The notes: a model not told the origin generated them from the sequence alone. 62,381 bases of DNA, filler included, from Asterionella formosa (GCA_002256025.1; 19 parts of 19 records of this genome joined end to end with filler, not necessarily neighbours in it), one strand, 5' to 3'. Positions 23,063 through 36,119 are shown, counted from the first letter of the whole stretch. Made by a program: numbers and translations.

Positions 23063-25677
23063 TTCGAGTTAGCGACAGAGTTCGTTAGTCGCGTGTGCAT
23101 GTGGACACTCTCGGCCCACAGTAGCCCCTGGTATTCGTCTGACAGTTTTGCACTGAACATGGAGGCACATGCTCGGTCTCGTATCGTCACAAATTTTCGT
23201 TCCACGACTCCGTTCTGTTGAGGAGTATGGGGGGCAGTATACTCAATCTGAATACCCTGCGTGGTGCAGACGATACTTAGACTGGTCATATTTTCACCGG
23301 CGTTGTCGCAGCGTAGGAAGCGTACTACATAGCCCGCTGACTTGAGTGTAGTCAGTAGGGCATCCGCGATGCTCGCCAAAAGACTCTTCTTGTTAACAAA
23401 ATAACTCCATGCCTTGCCTGTGTACTGATCCACAAATAGAATCCAGTAGTTGCTTCCAATTAGAGATTTCTTGTAGGGACCTGAAATGTCCACGTACAAT
23501 CGTTCAGCAGGAGTAGAGGCCTTGAGGGTCGTGACTTTAGGTACCGCTTTGGCCTTTGCCTAAGCTAGTGCGCAGCCTTCACACGACTGAATCTTGCCCG
23601 TAGGTTCAATACCGAGGGACTTAAGCGTTTCGCGAAGGGATGCCTTGCTGATGTGGCCATATTTGTCGTGGGTCTCGTTGATGTCAATTTGCGTTGGTTT
23701 CTTGGTAGATTTTGCCGTAGGAAGTTGCGTCACTGACTTGGTATTCGTTGGAGTAGGATCAGGTGTATGGTTTGTTGTCGAGTCGTGGATAGACAAGACC
23801 GTTTCGGATTGTAGGGTACGTTTTCCCTTGAAGTAGTAAAGGACGCCTTGATCCTCACAAGAAAAGGTTAGTTCGTTGTCGTACCCTTCCTTATGTAGAC
23901 TCAACTCAGAACCCTTCATGCGTGCCTCGCACCCTCCGTTCTTGAAAAATTGCCCGATGCTGACGATGTTCTTGTGGAAGTGTGGAGTGTAGAGTACCTT
24001 GCGTAGTAACATGGAGCACGTCTTGTTGGTAATCAGAATATCACCTCGTTTCGTGCATACCACCTCTTTACCGTCACCGACAACGACCGAGACGTTGACA
24101 TTTTCGACGTTTGTCATGTATTCGTCAGTCATAGTGATGTGCGTGGTAGCCCCAGTGTCCGCGAGCCAGCGCTCCGTTCCGTTGCTTGATGCACAGTACT
24201 GGTCTTCGTACCACTCGTCTTCCATTGTAGGGACGAAACACACGCGTAGGAGTTCTTCAGCAGGAGTCTCTGTAGTTTTCTGCGTGACGTCCATGGTACC
24301 AGGGATAGCATCCGTCGCCTCCATACCGGTAATCTCCTCGCCGGTTTCTTTCTTCTTCTCGCCACGTGGTGCGCGTTTTGGTTCCGGGCAGTCTCTTGCA
24401 ATATGCCCGACATATTTATTGCAATTATAGCACTTTATCTCATTTTTTTCGTTCGTACCGTTTGCATTCGTTCCGCTTGTGTTCGTATTAGATCGGCACA
24501 CGTCGGCCTTGTGCCCTTGTTTGCCGCAGTTCTTGCAGATACATTTGTATTTCTGCGTGAATAGGGTGATCTCCTTTGTGCTCTTCGTGCCCTTTAGCTT
24601 TCGTTTGTAGAATGCTCGGATCTTTCCTTTCAATTCGTTGAGGCTGATTGTTGTCATGCCCTCGACGACTGTAACAACCTCGCTGTACTCCACTGGAAGC
24701 TTGTCGATAACGTTCGCAATCACTTCCATTTCTTTCTTCTCAAATGACGGGTCGATCGCCATCATCTTGCTTTGTATTAGATCGAGCTCAATGAACCATT
24801 CGTCTGGATCAGAGGAGCTATTGTTCAGCTTGCATTTGTTGAAATCGCTTGCCAGCTGGATCAGGTCCGACACAGAATGGGGGGCATACCTCGCTTCGAG
24901 GTTCTTCCACGCCATGTATGCATCGCCATCGATCAACGTTTTCGTTTTGGCTTGGTTTACGAGTCCGAAGGCGATTCCGGTGCAGCTCATGATGAGCAAC
25001 TGGTACGCCTTGTCGTTGGCCTCGTAGATAGCCCTGACTCCTTTGTCTGTCTCGACTTCGTACTCTTCGTCAGAACATGGGTTGTGGTTCTTGGAGTACA
25101 TCGTTCGGAATCCTCTTGCCTTCGCCAGAGCGAGCGTTTTAACGCTCCACTGGTACCAGTTCGTTTCGTTGCCATCAAACTTGATGAGCCTCATGCTCTC
25201 TTCAGACATTTCTGTAGACATGTTAAAACACTTAAGTCCGTTTATAAACGTGTTAAAGTATTACCTTTTGTATAGATCTATATCGTTAGACAAAGAAGAC
25301 TATAGATAGAGACGTTCGTTTCTCTTTCCGTTTCTATATTCTTATTGTGAGTTTACTAATCTAGTTTAGGTTGTTCTGTTTGAACAAACAAACGAACTAT
25401 TCTCCAAATGCTGTTTGCATTTCTAGAAACATACAATCATAGATAGACCCATGTCTATCTCACACTTACTGATCATAAGTTTTTAACCATGATCATTCAT
25501 TTTCAAACTATCGGTCTTCCGAAATAGCTTACATTGTCCGGCTCATTATAGTCGGAGTAACAAGGTATAATGTGTGGTTGATGAGAGCTTGGTACATCAA
25601 AGTGGACTCATTCGAATCGTTTGACTCGTTTGACTCCGAGTCCTAACTACGTACCGGTAGATGAGCTCACTTTAACA
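23063..25677 (-). mobile_element. Ty1/Copia element 2: 5' LTR (25251-25677) and gag-protease-integrase; truncated at contig end
   Basis: LTR has perfect 9-bp terminal IR TGTTAAAGT/ACTTTAACA. Two CCHC knuckles, protease WLADTGAT, H-H-C-C motif, and integrase (VDISGP, LRCDNAGE, PQQNGVVER). One in-frame TAG at 23560-62 where element 3 has Lys. Confidence 0.95.
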
Positions 25678-25723
25678 ACATGATACCGACCATAATATCA
25701 AATTTCATACCCGGTCATTTGTA

Positions 25724-26128
25724 CAAATCTACAAAGGTCAAAATACGGGACTGCAAGTATACTGAAAAAAAACTTTCTTTTCTGTCTACGGAGTACATGC
25801 TACCTGATAGAACAACGAGGTAAGAGGTACCACGTACCAATAAGGCCAAATATTACTCCGTGCCTGTGAATAAACAGATGTCCTGGTACTAGACCACAGA
25901 TACCAGGTACTAACCAATTACACGTATGTACGGATACATAAAAAAAATCATAAGAATATACCGATCGTCATTTGAAATCAGTACAGGTCACCAGTTCAAA
26001 TCTACAAAGGTACAAGATACAACTACATTATACTGTACAGTGAAAAAAGGCTCTCTTCTCTGTCTACCGAGGACATCCTACCAGGTACCAGGTACCTGGT
26101 ACCGGATAGAACGACGAGGTACCTGGTG
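25724..26128. repeat. Diverged local direct duplication (~25724-25825 vs ~25997-26128)
   Basis: caaatctacaaagg...ctgtctac...gatagaac.acgaggta occurs twice. The second copy has extra CCWGGTA units. Confidence 0.75.
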
Positions 26129-26929
26129 AGCGATCTTGCGCATCAATACAGATGTATATAGGGTTAGTGTTATATCATGTATGTATAAGAACTCAATAAT
26201 GAGAGAACTCGACTAACCCTCATTGTATAGTTTGGTGTCGACTTGGAGAACGNNNNNNNNNNNNNNNNNNNNNNNNNNNNNNNNNNNNNNNNNNNNTTAA
26301 TTAATTAANNNNNNNNNNNNNNNNNNNNNNNNNNNNNNNNNNNNNNNNNNNNATACAAATATTACGACGACGCAGCACAAGTGTTTGTTCAGACGACCCT
26401 GCTTGCTTCTTCACTTTCGTCACTCTCCTGCTCATCCTTACCAGTATGGTGCAAATCTATTGATAATATAACGGTATGTAGAGGGGCCGCATACCTGATA
26501 CTCCACCATTTGCTTACCAGTTCACACTCGGAGTACCGGTACCATCATTAGTTACTGTCAGACAACTTGTAATGCGTACCATGTGATTTGAAAAGTTGTA
26601 AGCATGCCGATACTACCAGGTACCCCGGCACCGGTCTACCAAGATTTACCGGTATTTCATTGGACCGGTATTCGTAGCTATCGGTACGAAAATCGTCGAG
26701 AATGTTATGTCACAAAGCAAGGAGGGGTGGCGGCGTTGGCGAGCCGCCGGCATGATCGGCAGGCGGCCGACCTTGAAATGACCGACAAGGGGGTCTGGTA
26801 ATCGAGCCTATGCTGTACAGCAGCAGGCCCCACAGCCATCGCCATACTGAACGATCACACAATATATAGTGTACCGTAATTGCTAAATAAATGGGCTCCA
26901 ACACTGCTGTTTGTAACTTACAAATACTG

Positions 26930-27860
26930 TTTGTCTACCATTATCCTGAAAGAAGCAACACATATGCATGTGTCAGTTTTTCTAACAGTTGTAGATTGAT
27001 CCAAAGATGGCTGATAGCACTTACCGATTTCTTTTGTCCACATTGATGGTTGGCCAGCCACCAAATCGAGAAGGAGCTATTGAATCACTGAAAGGGGACG
27101 AGTCATTGCTTCCGTATTTGTTAATCCCAGCAATTGATCATCTTGGCATTTGCTCTTGACAAACCGTGATGCTACTAGTATGCACAGCTTGTTGATTCCG
27201 CCCTTCTCCATCATATTCACTCATTCTTATCGTCCTGTATTGTCACTTCAGTTTTTCGCATCATGTGTTGCTTGAGATCCTTCATTTGAGGAAGTGGATG
27301 CATGACAAGCAAGGAACATGAAAGGCATTTGCTCTTGTTGACTTCTTACCATCAATTGATTCCGCCCTTCTCTTCTAAGCCGCAAGTATCATTGTGCTGT
27401 ATTATCACTTTCGTTTTCCGCGTCATCATCTGGGCGTGTGTTAATCCTTCAATTCAGGAGCAAAGTGTATGCATGACAAGGAACATGAAAACATGATTTC
27501 AAATGTTTCAGCCATGAATATATATATAAAGATTTGTAAGATGTATACATAGTTGAACATTTGCATAGTTTTAAACCGCTCATTATACGGCACATCCAGT
27601 GTATACTAATATCAATTTTGATTATACATAATTCAAATATATACAATGCATGGTGCTGATGAGTTCATAGTTTTCCACGACCTGTCGAATTTTTTCAATT
27701 TGTTTTGTGTCAATTCTTGTACCAACAAGTCAGTGGCTGATTTAATTAAGCCCCTTAATAAACAGGAGTCATCACCAATTTTTCAAATGCCTGGTCGAAA
27801 TCATACATTTATGTATATAGACATATTGACCAAAATTCATATGGCCTACCGGTAGTACTG
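26930..27860. repeat. Distant relative of repeat family A
   Basis: Collinear blocks gcacttac, gagct.ttgaatca.ctga, gatttcaaa, tatacataattc, ttttccacgac and ttaagcccctt match 3600-4260. Confidence 0.55.
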
Positions 27861-29641
27861 TATACTTGCTGGGAATTATTTCTATCATGGAAATGCCACA
27901 ATAGGAGTGCAGCGGAAAACTGAATATGCTCATGTGTTTAGGATCATTTGATCATATTTTTAAGATCAATTTATCCTGATTCCTGAAAATAAATTTTGAT
28001 CTTTCATTTTCTCATCAACAACACCGTTTATCATATGATCAATATGTTATGATCAAAGGTATAGGACAAACGAATCAAAATTCATTGATTGAGGATCATA
28101 GTTTATAGCGGAGAAGTTGCTCATGCAGCCATGCAACCCCTTCCCTCTCCCCCTCTATACAGTGCGGAAGTGATAACCCCCAAGCTACCAAATTTTTATG
28201 TCTTGTAAGAATTATCGCAGCATGCATGCATGCATACATGACTCCTACTGGTATAAACAATGCGGAAATGATGACCACCAGACTACCAATCCTACTATAG
28301 GTCCTGTAGATTTATCGCAACATGGCTGCATATCTGATGAAAGGGCGGAAAGAGTCATCCATGCTGCACCTGTATAGTATGAAATATGGAAATGATCAAA
28401 TATAGCTAGTCTACACAAGGAGCAGTGCATAATATATGTCCTGTTCTTGTTATTTTAATTCCTATGAAATTTCTTGATCTGTTCTGCGCTTTTTCGCCAC
28501 CACAATTGTTTTCATTGGCTGTATCACTGGACAGCATTCGAATTGAATGTGCTTCGAACGAAGCAATGATCAAATTCCACCCCATTGCAGAATGGTGAGT
28601 CTCAAAACTATGTATCAGCCAGTCGATTAAAATTAGACTGTCTTTTGTGCACCCTTGCTTGTTGTGTGTGCACATTGACTTGGCAACTGTCAGCCAAGAG
28701 CAGCCATGGTATGCCACCATATATTGTCTAATCGAATTTTCGAATGTGTTCAGCTATGATAACAACTTTTACTCCAAGACACTATCTCACCACCCTTGTC
28801 ATAGATTTTTCTTTATCCTTTGGCTGCACAGGCCCAGGTTACTCAATGCCTTCATCTGCAAGTTCAGCCAAGCAAGTTGGCGTCAAGAAAACCTCAACCC
28901 CAATATTCTTCACATGTTCCACCCATCGACTTCTTCATTGATGAAGTCGAGGTAGCTATATTGATGTCAGGTGGCACAGGCTTGTGTATAGATTGATGAT
29001 GCCAAAATCATTTCTTCTTCCTTTTCCGGTAGCTAGTAGGTACCTATTTGTCAACATTGTTTGGGTCAATCCATTCTTGTTCCCGCAAGACCAGAAGCAG
29101 TTATCCCTTTACTTCTCCTCCTAAAAACCTTCATTTCTCTTTCACAATTGTCCTGATGTTTGCAGAGCATTTTCACTTTGTTACTATAAATAGATAGTCT
29201 CATGCTTCTTTGTGAATATCGCCTGCTATGCTGCGTTTCAATTCTAGATGTATTACGTTCTTGTTAGAAAGACGATGTTACAGAGAAGTAGATTGTGCTG
29301 TTTTATAATGGATGTTGTTTAGCTATGATTGAGGTTGTAACACTGATTGATGCTCTGGTGACAGACCGGCCGGAAATATTCGTGTTGTGTGATAAGCCAT
29401 TTAGTTTTCATTGAATTTCTTTTCAAGCTCTTAACAGATTGCACACGAACATACTGTGCAATGTAGATAATGATTCATCGAAGACATAGTATGATGACTT
29501 GAACGACAAATGAAGACTTTATCACAAACACTTGTTCCTCTNNNNNNNNNNNNNNNNNNNNNNNNNNNNNNNNNNNNNNNNNNNNTTAATTAATTAANNN
29601 NNNNNNNNNNNNNNNNNNNNNNNNNNNNNNNNNNNNNNNNN

Positions 29642-31385
29642 GTTGCGTCAAGTGGATCAAAGTCGAACTGAACATCATCGGTGTTGGATGGTGGATTTTT
29701 TGATATGTTGTTGTCTACTTCTGTTGTAGTGCATTGCTTGTTGTCTACTTCTGTTGTAGTGCATTGCTCCTCTTGCCCCCCCTGCTCCTCTAGACCCTTT
29801 GATGTTTCAATGATCTGAGGAGTAGGAGCAAAATGAACTAGACAAATAGGATCGTGATCCTCTGGTTCATCTAGAGGTTCAGGAATAGGACTGGTGGGAG
29901 CGTTCCTTTTGTGTTTACGATCCTTCATTTTTGTTATTCTGGCCTTGAGCGTAAGGTCACCATAAGGTACCTCATCACTGTAAGGCTCAGCTGAAGTTTC
30001 CTTTCGTGGTCGAACAATATTACAAATGAGTTCAACACCTTTTTCCCAGTTACCATCAGGACATGTCCAAATGCGATAAGTTAATGCATCTCCATGGTTC
30101 CATGCGATACCAACAAACCTTCCTAGAAGAAAGTTTGGGTTGGGGTACTTGGCGGTTGGCTCATAGTAATAGATTGCTTGCCAGAAGGAAAATCGAAACA
30201 CAGAAATGTCTGGAGTTCTTCCGTAAAGTCTCTCAATGGGAGTCCTCCAATCCAGTCCCTTATGTGCTGAATGATTTAGGCAATCAATAACCCACATCAT
30301 GCAATAGCACCAGAACGTAAGTGCTGGAGCTTTTGCCAAGCGTAGAGATAAAATAGTTCAAGATTTAATGTCTCGGATCTTGAGCTCTGCCTGGTTCTGG
30401 TTTTGGTTGTGTGTGGGACAGAATGGATTTGTTTTGTGATGTTTTCCCAGCTTGTTTTAGTCCACAATATGCCAGACTGAGTTTGAGAGTTATCAGTCAA
30501 CAAAATGTTGGGAGCTCCAACCTCACGTACAAAATCCTGGTATGCTCCATGTGAATGTGCCTCTCTAAACATACAACGTGCAAACAGAAATTGCGATGGA
30601 ATATGAATGAAGAGTTGCACACATGAGTAGTTCCGGATGGACTTGATAGATGAGAAAAATGTATCCGAATCTGTCCTGCCATCGAGTCGATTAGGATGAA
30701 GAGGAATTAGACGCTTCTTTCGATGCTGTCTGGGTGCTTCTCTATTCTCCATTTCAACTGTCTGGGTGCAGAGCTGTGTTGTTGCTTCGAGTGTCTTCTT
30801 GGTTACAATCTCAGTTGAATTTCCAAGACGTTTCTCCCATAGAGTTGGCTCCTCTTCAACAATGCTTCCGCGTCCCCTCCTAGATGACTGCTTCAACAAC
30901 TCAGATGAGTTGCTGGGAATTCGTGGTGTCAACCAATGAATTGTGTGGGAGTTTGCTTCTTCGATTGTAGGTAGGCAAACATTGAATGTAAGAAGTTTTT
31001 CATCATCAGTGAACAATAGTTTAATCTGAATGTTGTCAACCTCAATGCATTGCAAACCGCTATCCCGTTCAGAAATGTCATGAACAATAACATTATTGTG
31101 CCTCATCACATGAGTGTTGATCAGCAGCGCTTAAAGGCTGCTCCCCCCAACCCAAGTAAATAAGTTTCTTTTGTTTCTGGATGTTCATAAGCAGTGACTG
31201 CATTGACAATTGGAAGAGTAGGTCCATCCATATTGGCCCCCCAACCATACAGTTTTGCGCTCTTGCTCACTTTTTCCAGAACTCTCCATCCAACTCCGCC
31301 AATGACCTCAAATTCAGTTCCTCCATCAAGCACAACCCTTGCTGCTTCCCCCGGAATGCGTCCACGTCGGAGTACTGGGTTGCGA
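29642..31385 (-). mobile_element. CoDi-like Copia fragment (protease-integrase), frameshifted
   Basis: Protease-like VVLDGGTEFEV and integrase TDSDTFFS...LLTDNSQ. 29642-31007 is near-identical to 55919-57280. Confidence 0.9.
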
Positions 31386-32335
31386 CGTATACTATACTTC
31401 GAACAAAGTGCTAGATATATCAATAGTCATTTGGAAAGGTAAAGCGATCGTGATATTCCAAAATTGTCAAAATACTACAGATCTGGGATGACAGCTTTGT
31501 CGAAAATGTCAGGGCAAGATGGGTTCAGAGAACATGCACCTAGAAAAGGATTTCACATTGCTGTTATGGTTATGTATATCTATCAATGACACTTTATTCA
31601 TACCACAGTATACATCAACATGTGTTGATATTTTAGAGGAAAGGGTAAAGAGAGGATTTATGTCAGTTACTAAGATTATGATTTGTCCCCAATGGGAAAT
31701 GATATCTCAAATTGGGTTACGAATGGCAAAATGTCACAGAATGAAACATTACCCTCATCTGATTAGGAAGTTCGGATCTCCTTTTAATTTCTTTGGTGGA
31801 TATTTGGAGTCTTTTTTGAAAGACAAATTGAAACGACCCAGTAAGCGTGTCAACGGACAATTACATCGATTAAAGCATGACATTTTAACAAGGTCATCTG
31901 AAACAAGGCAGTCTGCCTTGGCACGAAAAATTGTTTTTGTAAGTGATTCATTACATACAGAAAACAAACAAAAGAAGATGAGTAGAGAAAATACCATCAA
32001 TGTAACTGAGGGTATTTCAACAGAAATTGATTTCGAAGGAATGATTCCGGATACAATGATGTTGCCTAGTAGGTCACCTGATAATTTGGGAATGTTGCCT
32101 ACTAACAAGATCCATTCCCAAGCCCTTCCTGTTAAAGTTCAAGTCTCTGCTTTATCATCAAATGGTCTATGGACTATATCAGGTGTCCCTAATAAGATTG
32201 GGCATGTATCACAGAGTAAGGATTCACCTTTGTCTTTATTGATTCATCCTGATTTACCGAAGGGGGCCAACTACGTAAAGAGCATTGCGAATTCAGCAAT
32301 AGAAATAGCAAGAATCTTTGGAGTGTTTTTGGCGG
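31386..32335 (+). mobile_element. Degenerate CMC/Plavaka-like DNA transposase, C-terminal fragment
   Basis: GLRMAKCHRMKHYPHLIRKFGSPFNFFGGYLESFLKDKLKRPSKR fits the K-x-H-x3-HY...FG...N...E motif pattern. Confidence 0.6.
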
Positions 32336-32340
32336 ACGGT

Positions 32341-32530
32341 TTAATTGGCAATGCCACTGGCAGTGCTATTATCGGTGACAATACGGGTAGAAGGTTGGGG
32401 ATGACCAAGCTCAACAAGAATGTTGCGAATAGCATATGCCTCTTTGCCATGATTGTGGAACAAAGCAGCTAATTCGTCCTCAGCAGCACTTGATAAAACC
32501 TCCTTAAGAATTTGACAGTGTACAAATTGT
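32341..32530 (-). mobile_element. Copia-type RNase H fragment
   Basis: ILKEVLSSAAEDELAALFHN.GKEA..IRNILVELGHPQPSTRIVTDNSTASGIAN. Confidence 0.8.
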
Positions 32531-32930
32531 TTGATTGCAATCTGCCCTGAATTGATTGAGAAAAACAGAACGAAATGGATCTCGAGAAATATCGCGACAT
32601 GATTCGTGAGGATGCAAGCAACAACCAACCCTAATGAGGACAAAATAGGTACGGAACAAAACATTTAATATTAAATTTGAAATGCTAAACTAAATATCTA
32701 TTCGAATTAGTGTGTGTTATCGACTGCAAATCTTCGGAGTGCTATTGGGCATGAATTGATGGAGAAAATCGAAGCGATGTGGTTGTTGGCAAGTGGGTGC
32801 ATGAAGCATATCAACAATCATCCTTACCATNNNNNNNNNNNNNNNNNNNNNNNNNNNNNNNNNNNNNNNNNNNNTTAATTAATTAANNNNNNNNNNNNNN
32901 NNNNNNNNNNNNNNNNNNNNNNNNNNNNNN

Positions 32931-35900
32931 CGAAAGTGTCAATGTCTACGAAGTCATTCCAGAAGACTACAAGAAACACCATCAAGATGCCGAACCGCAA
33001 ATGCATTATCTCAAGCAAGTTGATGAAGAGGAGAGCTTGTCCACGCTGATCACGGCTGCCTTGCAAGACATTCGATTGCATCAAGCAAGGATCAAGGCAA
33101 GCTTACTCAATGACACCACCTGGCTGCAGACATATTCATTTGCCTATGACGACGCATACCAAGAGCGGGTCGCTCGGCGGGAGGCTCGGTTGGCATACCT
33201 GAACAAACTACAAAGAGATGCAACGCTTATTTTGAGAGAGCTTGAAGATGACAAAAAAGTGCTGCTGACACAAGGAGAGAGAGTGCAAGTCAAGTTGGCG
33301 CGATGGCAACGGGCCTTGGAATTGTTTGTGTACTCACCAAGGCAGATGAATTTGGACTTGCTTGGATTGCTGGAAAAGCTATTGGAAGGCACAAGTGAAG
33401 TAAGTTATTTGTTTACGAACAACATCGCATATCGATTGTGTCGCGGCTTTATCCTTCGATTGCACTCACTCACACGCATGTTACATTGCTATTTCACTCA
33501 CAATGCACAGGAAGAAGAATTGTCACAAATCTTGTCGCAAGCATCTCACATGTGTCAAACCCTGGTGGAAACCACACACGCATCTATGCGGGACGCGACG
33601 GAAGATGCCGCTGAAGCCGAAGATGCATACCAAATTAGATTGGAAGCTCATGCCATGTTTGCACGAGCTGCATTTTCTAGTTGTGAAGAAATTCAATCCC
33701 AATTCAGGACCAATGGACGTGCGGCATTGCAAATCGGACATCAATTGGAATTTGCTGAAGCCAAGCGTGGACATTGTGAGGCAGCATCCATATTGATTCG
33801 ACGATGGTGGATGATGGAAAATTTGGCGGAACAGGAAGAAAATCAAGGACCCTTGCGAGTCCAAGAAGAAGTCAGGGGGCTCATTCCGGTTGCATCTTGT
33901 CGGATGGATCCACTCTTTACACTGCCTTCGCAGTCGTTGGAAGCATCCAAGGCTCTCAAGCAGCTGAGAGCCGTCATCAAGTCCAGAGGAAACGCCGCCA
34001 CGGCCGCCGCGACAGCCAGTGAAGGGTATGGGGCCGATCCAAACAACAAACGAAGATTCGATTTGACGGCAAATCTCATTCATCGGACGTCGCTGGCATT
34101 AGAACAACGATTATTGAACGCCTTTTCGGAAATTTATTCCAGAGGCGGCATCTATGACTTTTCTGACAATCCTCGAGGAGGATCGATTGATTGGATACAA
34201 TTGCGTGAATTGGCCCACGCCCTGCTTTTATTTGACTCGGGACGTAATTTGCACAAGCGCTATGTAGAAATGGTCATTTCCTCAAGATTTCCAGAACTTT
34301 TTCAACCGAAAAAAAATATTATCGACGAGGAAGATGGGGATGCCATGGAATTCGATATGGATGCGACCCGGTCGGAACTATCATCCTTGTTTCATCGGGT
34401 TAGTGATGTCTGCACGGCCGAATTCGAGTTGATTGCCCACGTTTTCGGGTCGGCTGCGAAAAACACCACGGGAAGTAACGAGGAAATGACTCTGACGGTG
34501 GCGAGAGCCTTGTTGCAGCGTGTCATTTCGGATCAGAAAAACGGCTTGCAAGCGAGAATCTCTGAATTGTTGGACTCGATTGACCGCAGAGGGGATTTTG
34601 AAGCCGGGGCCAAGAAATTAGATACTTTTGTCGTCATTCATGAAAAGGCCGCTGGCTTATTCATGCTGTTGAAGGACTCAGCCGAAAAGATGTTGACGCA
34701 TGATGAGCAGAAGAATGAAGAAGGGCCTGCTGAGACTACTGTTTCTGCTGTGACAGCCTTGAAGCAGTTCCTCGCATCACAAGAAACTGCTCTGTCTAGT
34801 GGCCATCGCAAGTCATACCTCAATCTAGAACTGCGATTGCTTCACAATGACTGCTGCACGACGTTGGATAATATTGGTTGTGTCCTCGATAGGCCAGCCA
34901 CCCGTTACATTGATCTCTCTCGTGCCGAACAGGGTATTCTTGATGACTACGTGGCGCCAGTGTTGGCTATCAACAAGAAATACTTGTTGAGTCCTCAATG
35001 CGATCTCTTGAGTGGACCGCTCAAGTCTTCGGTCCTTCGTCAACCTCTCATTTGCGCAACCGACTCGCTGGCCCGTGCACGACTTATGTTTGGGGCAGGG
35101 AAAAAGGGTGGTCAGACCACTGCTCGAGTAATTTCTTCGTTGTATAGTCAAATGTGCAACTTTTACGGTCAAGCTTACTTGTATCCCATCATTGAAGCCT
35201 TAGGCGAGCGTCTTTCTCCACAAGCTCTAAGCTCCCCTCCTCAACTCCCGTTCGACGAAAACGACCAAGCACCCGACATGGGTGTCAGCACCTTTTTCTG
35301 GGTTGCACTGGAATACATTCACACGGCGGCCAAATCATTTGACCGTGAATTGTGGGCAGAAAACCGTCCAGGAAGCGCTCGAGTCTGGGAAACGTTGACG
35401 GAAACTGGGGATCATGTTTCCTTGGCACAAGCCCGAAAAAACCGCTTTCACTTTTTTGCTGAATTGGAAGCCCGTGGTGAAGTGACAATCGGTCGAGCTC
35501 TCCGAACGTTGAGTGAGCATATTCGTTGGATCCTTGTGGCTGGAGGAGAATCCATGTTTGCCACTGGAGGAAATCGCTTCTTTTCCACTCAAGGCAACGG
35601 TCCTTATGCAATTGCCCCTGGCTCATCATTGGAAGCCCCCAATAGTCCTGCGGTCAAGTCGCTAACATTTTGCTTGAGATCACAATTTGTCAATATCCAA
35701 GCGGCCTTGACGCCACAGTCACTGTCAGCCTTTTGGACTGCTTTGTCTATGCGACTCTACGATATCTTTGTGCCTCGCCTGCTTCAGCATTACAATGTTA
35801 CGACTGTGGGAGCCGTCATTTTGTCTCGTGACGTGGAAGCCCTGCGATCCGTGTCCATGTTGGCTGGAAGCAACCATCAGCATTGGGACAATTTACGAGA

Positions 35901-36119
35901 ACTGGTAACCTTGTATATGACACCACCCATTGCTCTCAAGGGTATGTTGGTAGGGCCGGAAGGGGATATCAATTCTGGCAAGGGTTTGTTCAAGCGAGTT
36001 GGACGCTACCAATCATTGGTGTTTTTGAGCCGGCGAGGAGATTACCGTGTCAAGACTGCCCAAGGCCCTCGCAAGAGCACATGGGTGGTGGAATTGTTGG
36101 AAGAGTTGGGAGTTCAAGA
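32931..36119 (+). CDS. SEC10: Exocyst subunit Sec10/EXOC5-like protein, truncated at both contig ends
   Basis: Long helical ORF with an N-terminal coiled coil. C-terminal GAVILSRDV...HWDNLRELVTLYMTPP...FLSRRGDY resembles the Sec10 C-terminus. A probable 111-bp in-frame GTAAGT...CAG intron lies at 33400-33510. Confidence 0.7.

Noticed and set aside
23560..23562. In-frame TAG in Copia element 2 as programmed readthrough
   Set aside because: It falls inside the integrase N-terminal region where element 3 has Lys (CALAKAK). A simple nonsense mutation or sequencing error is more likely.
28330..28365. Hammerhead-like CTGATGA...GAAA core
   Set aside because: No stem II or flanking helices can be formed.
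33144..35629. Numerous antisense and alternate-frame ORFs over long genes (also over the PPR, Copia and CCDC43 genes)
   Set aside because: These are shadow ORFs of real coding sequence with no independent motifs.
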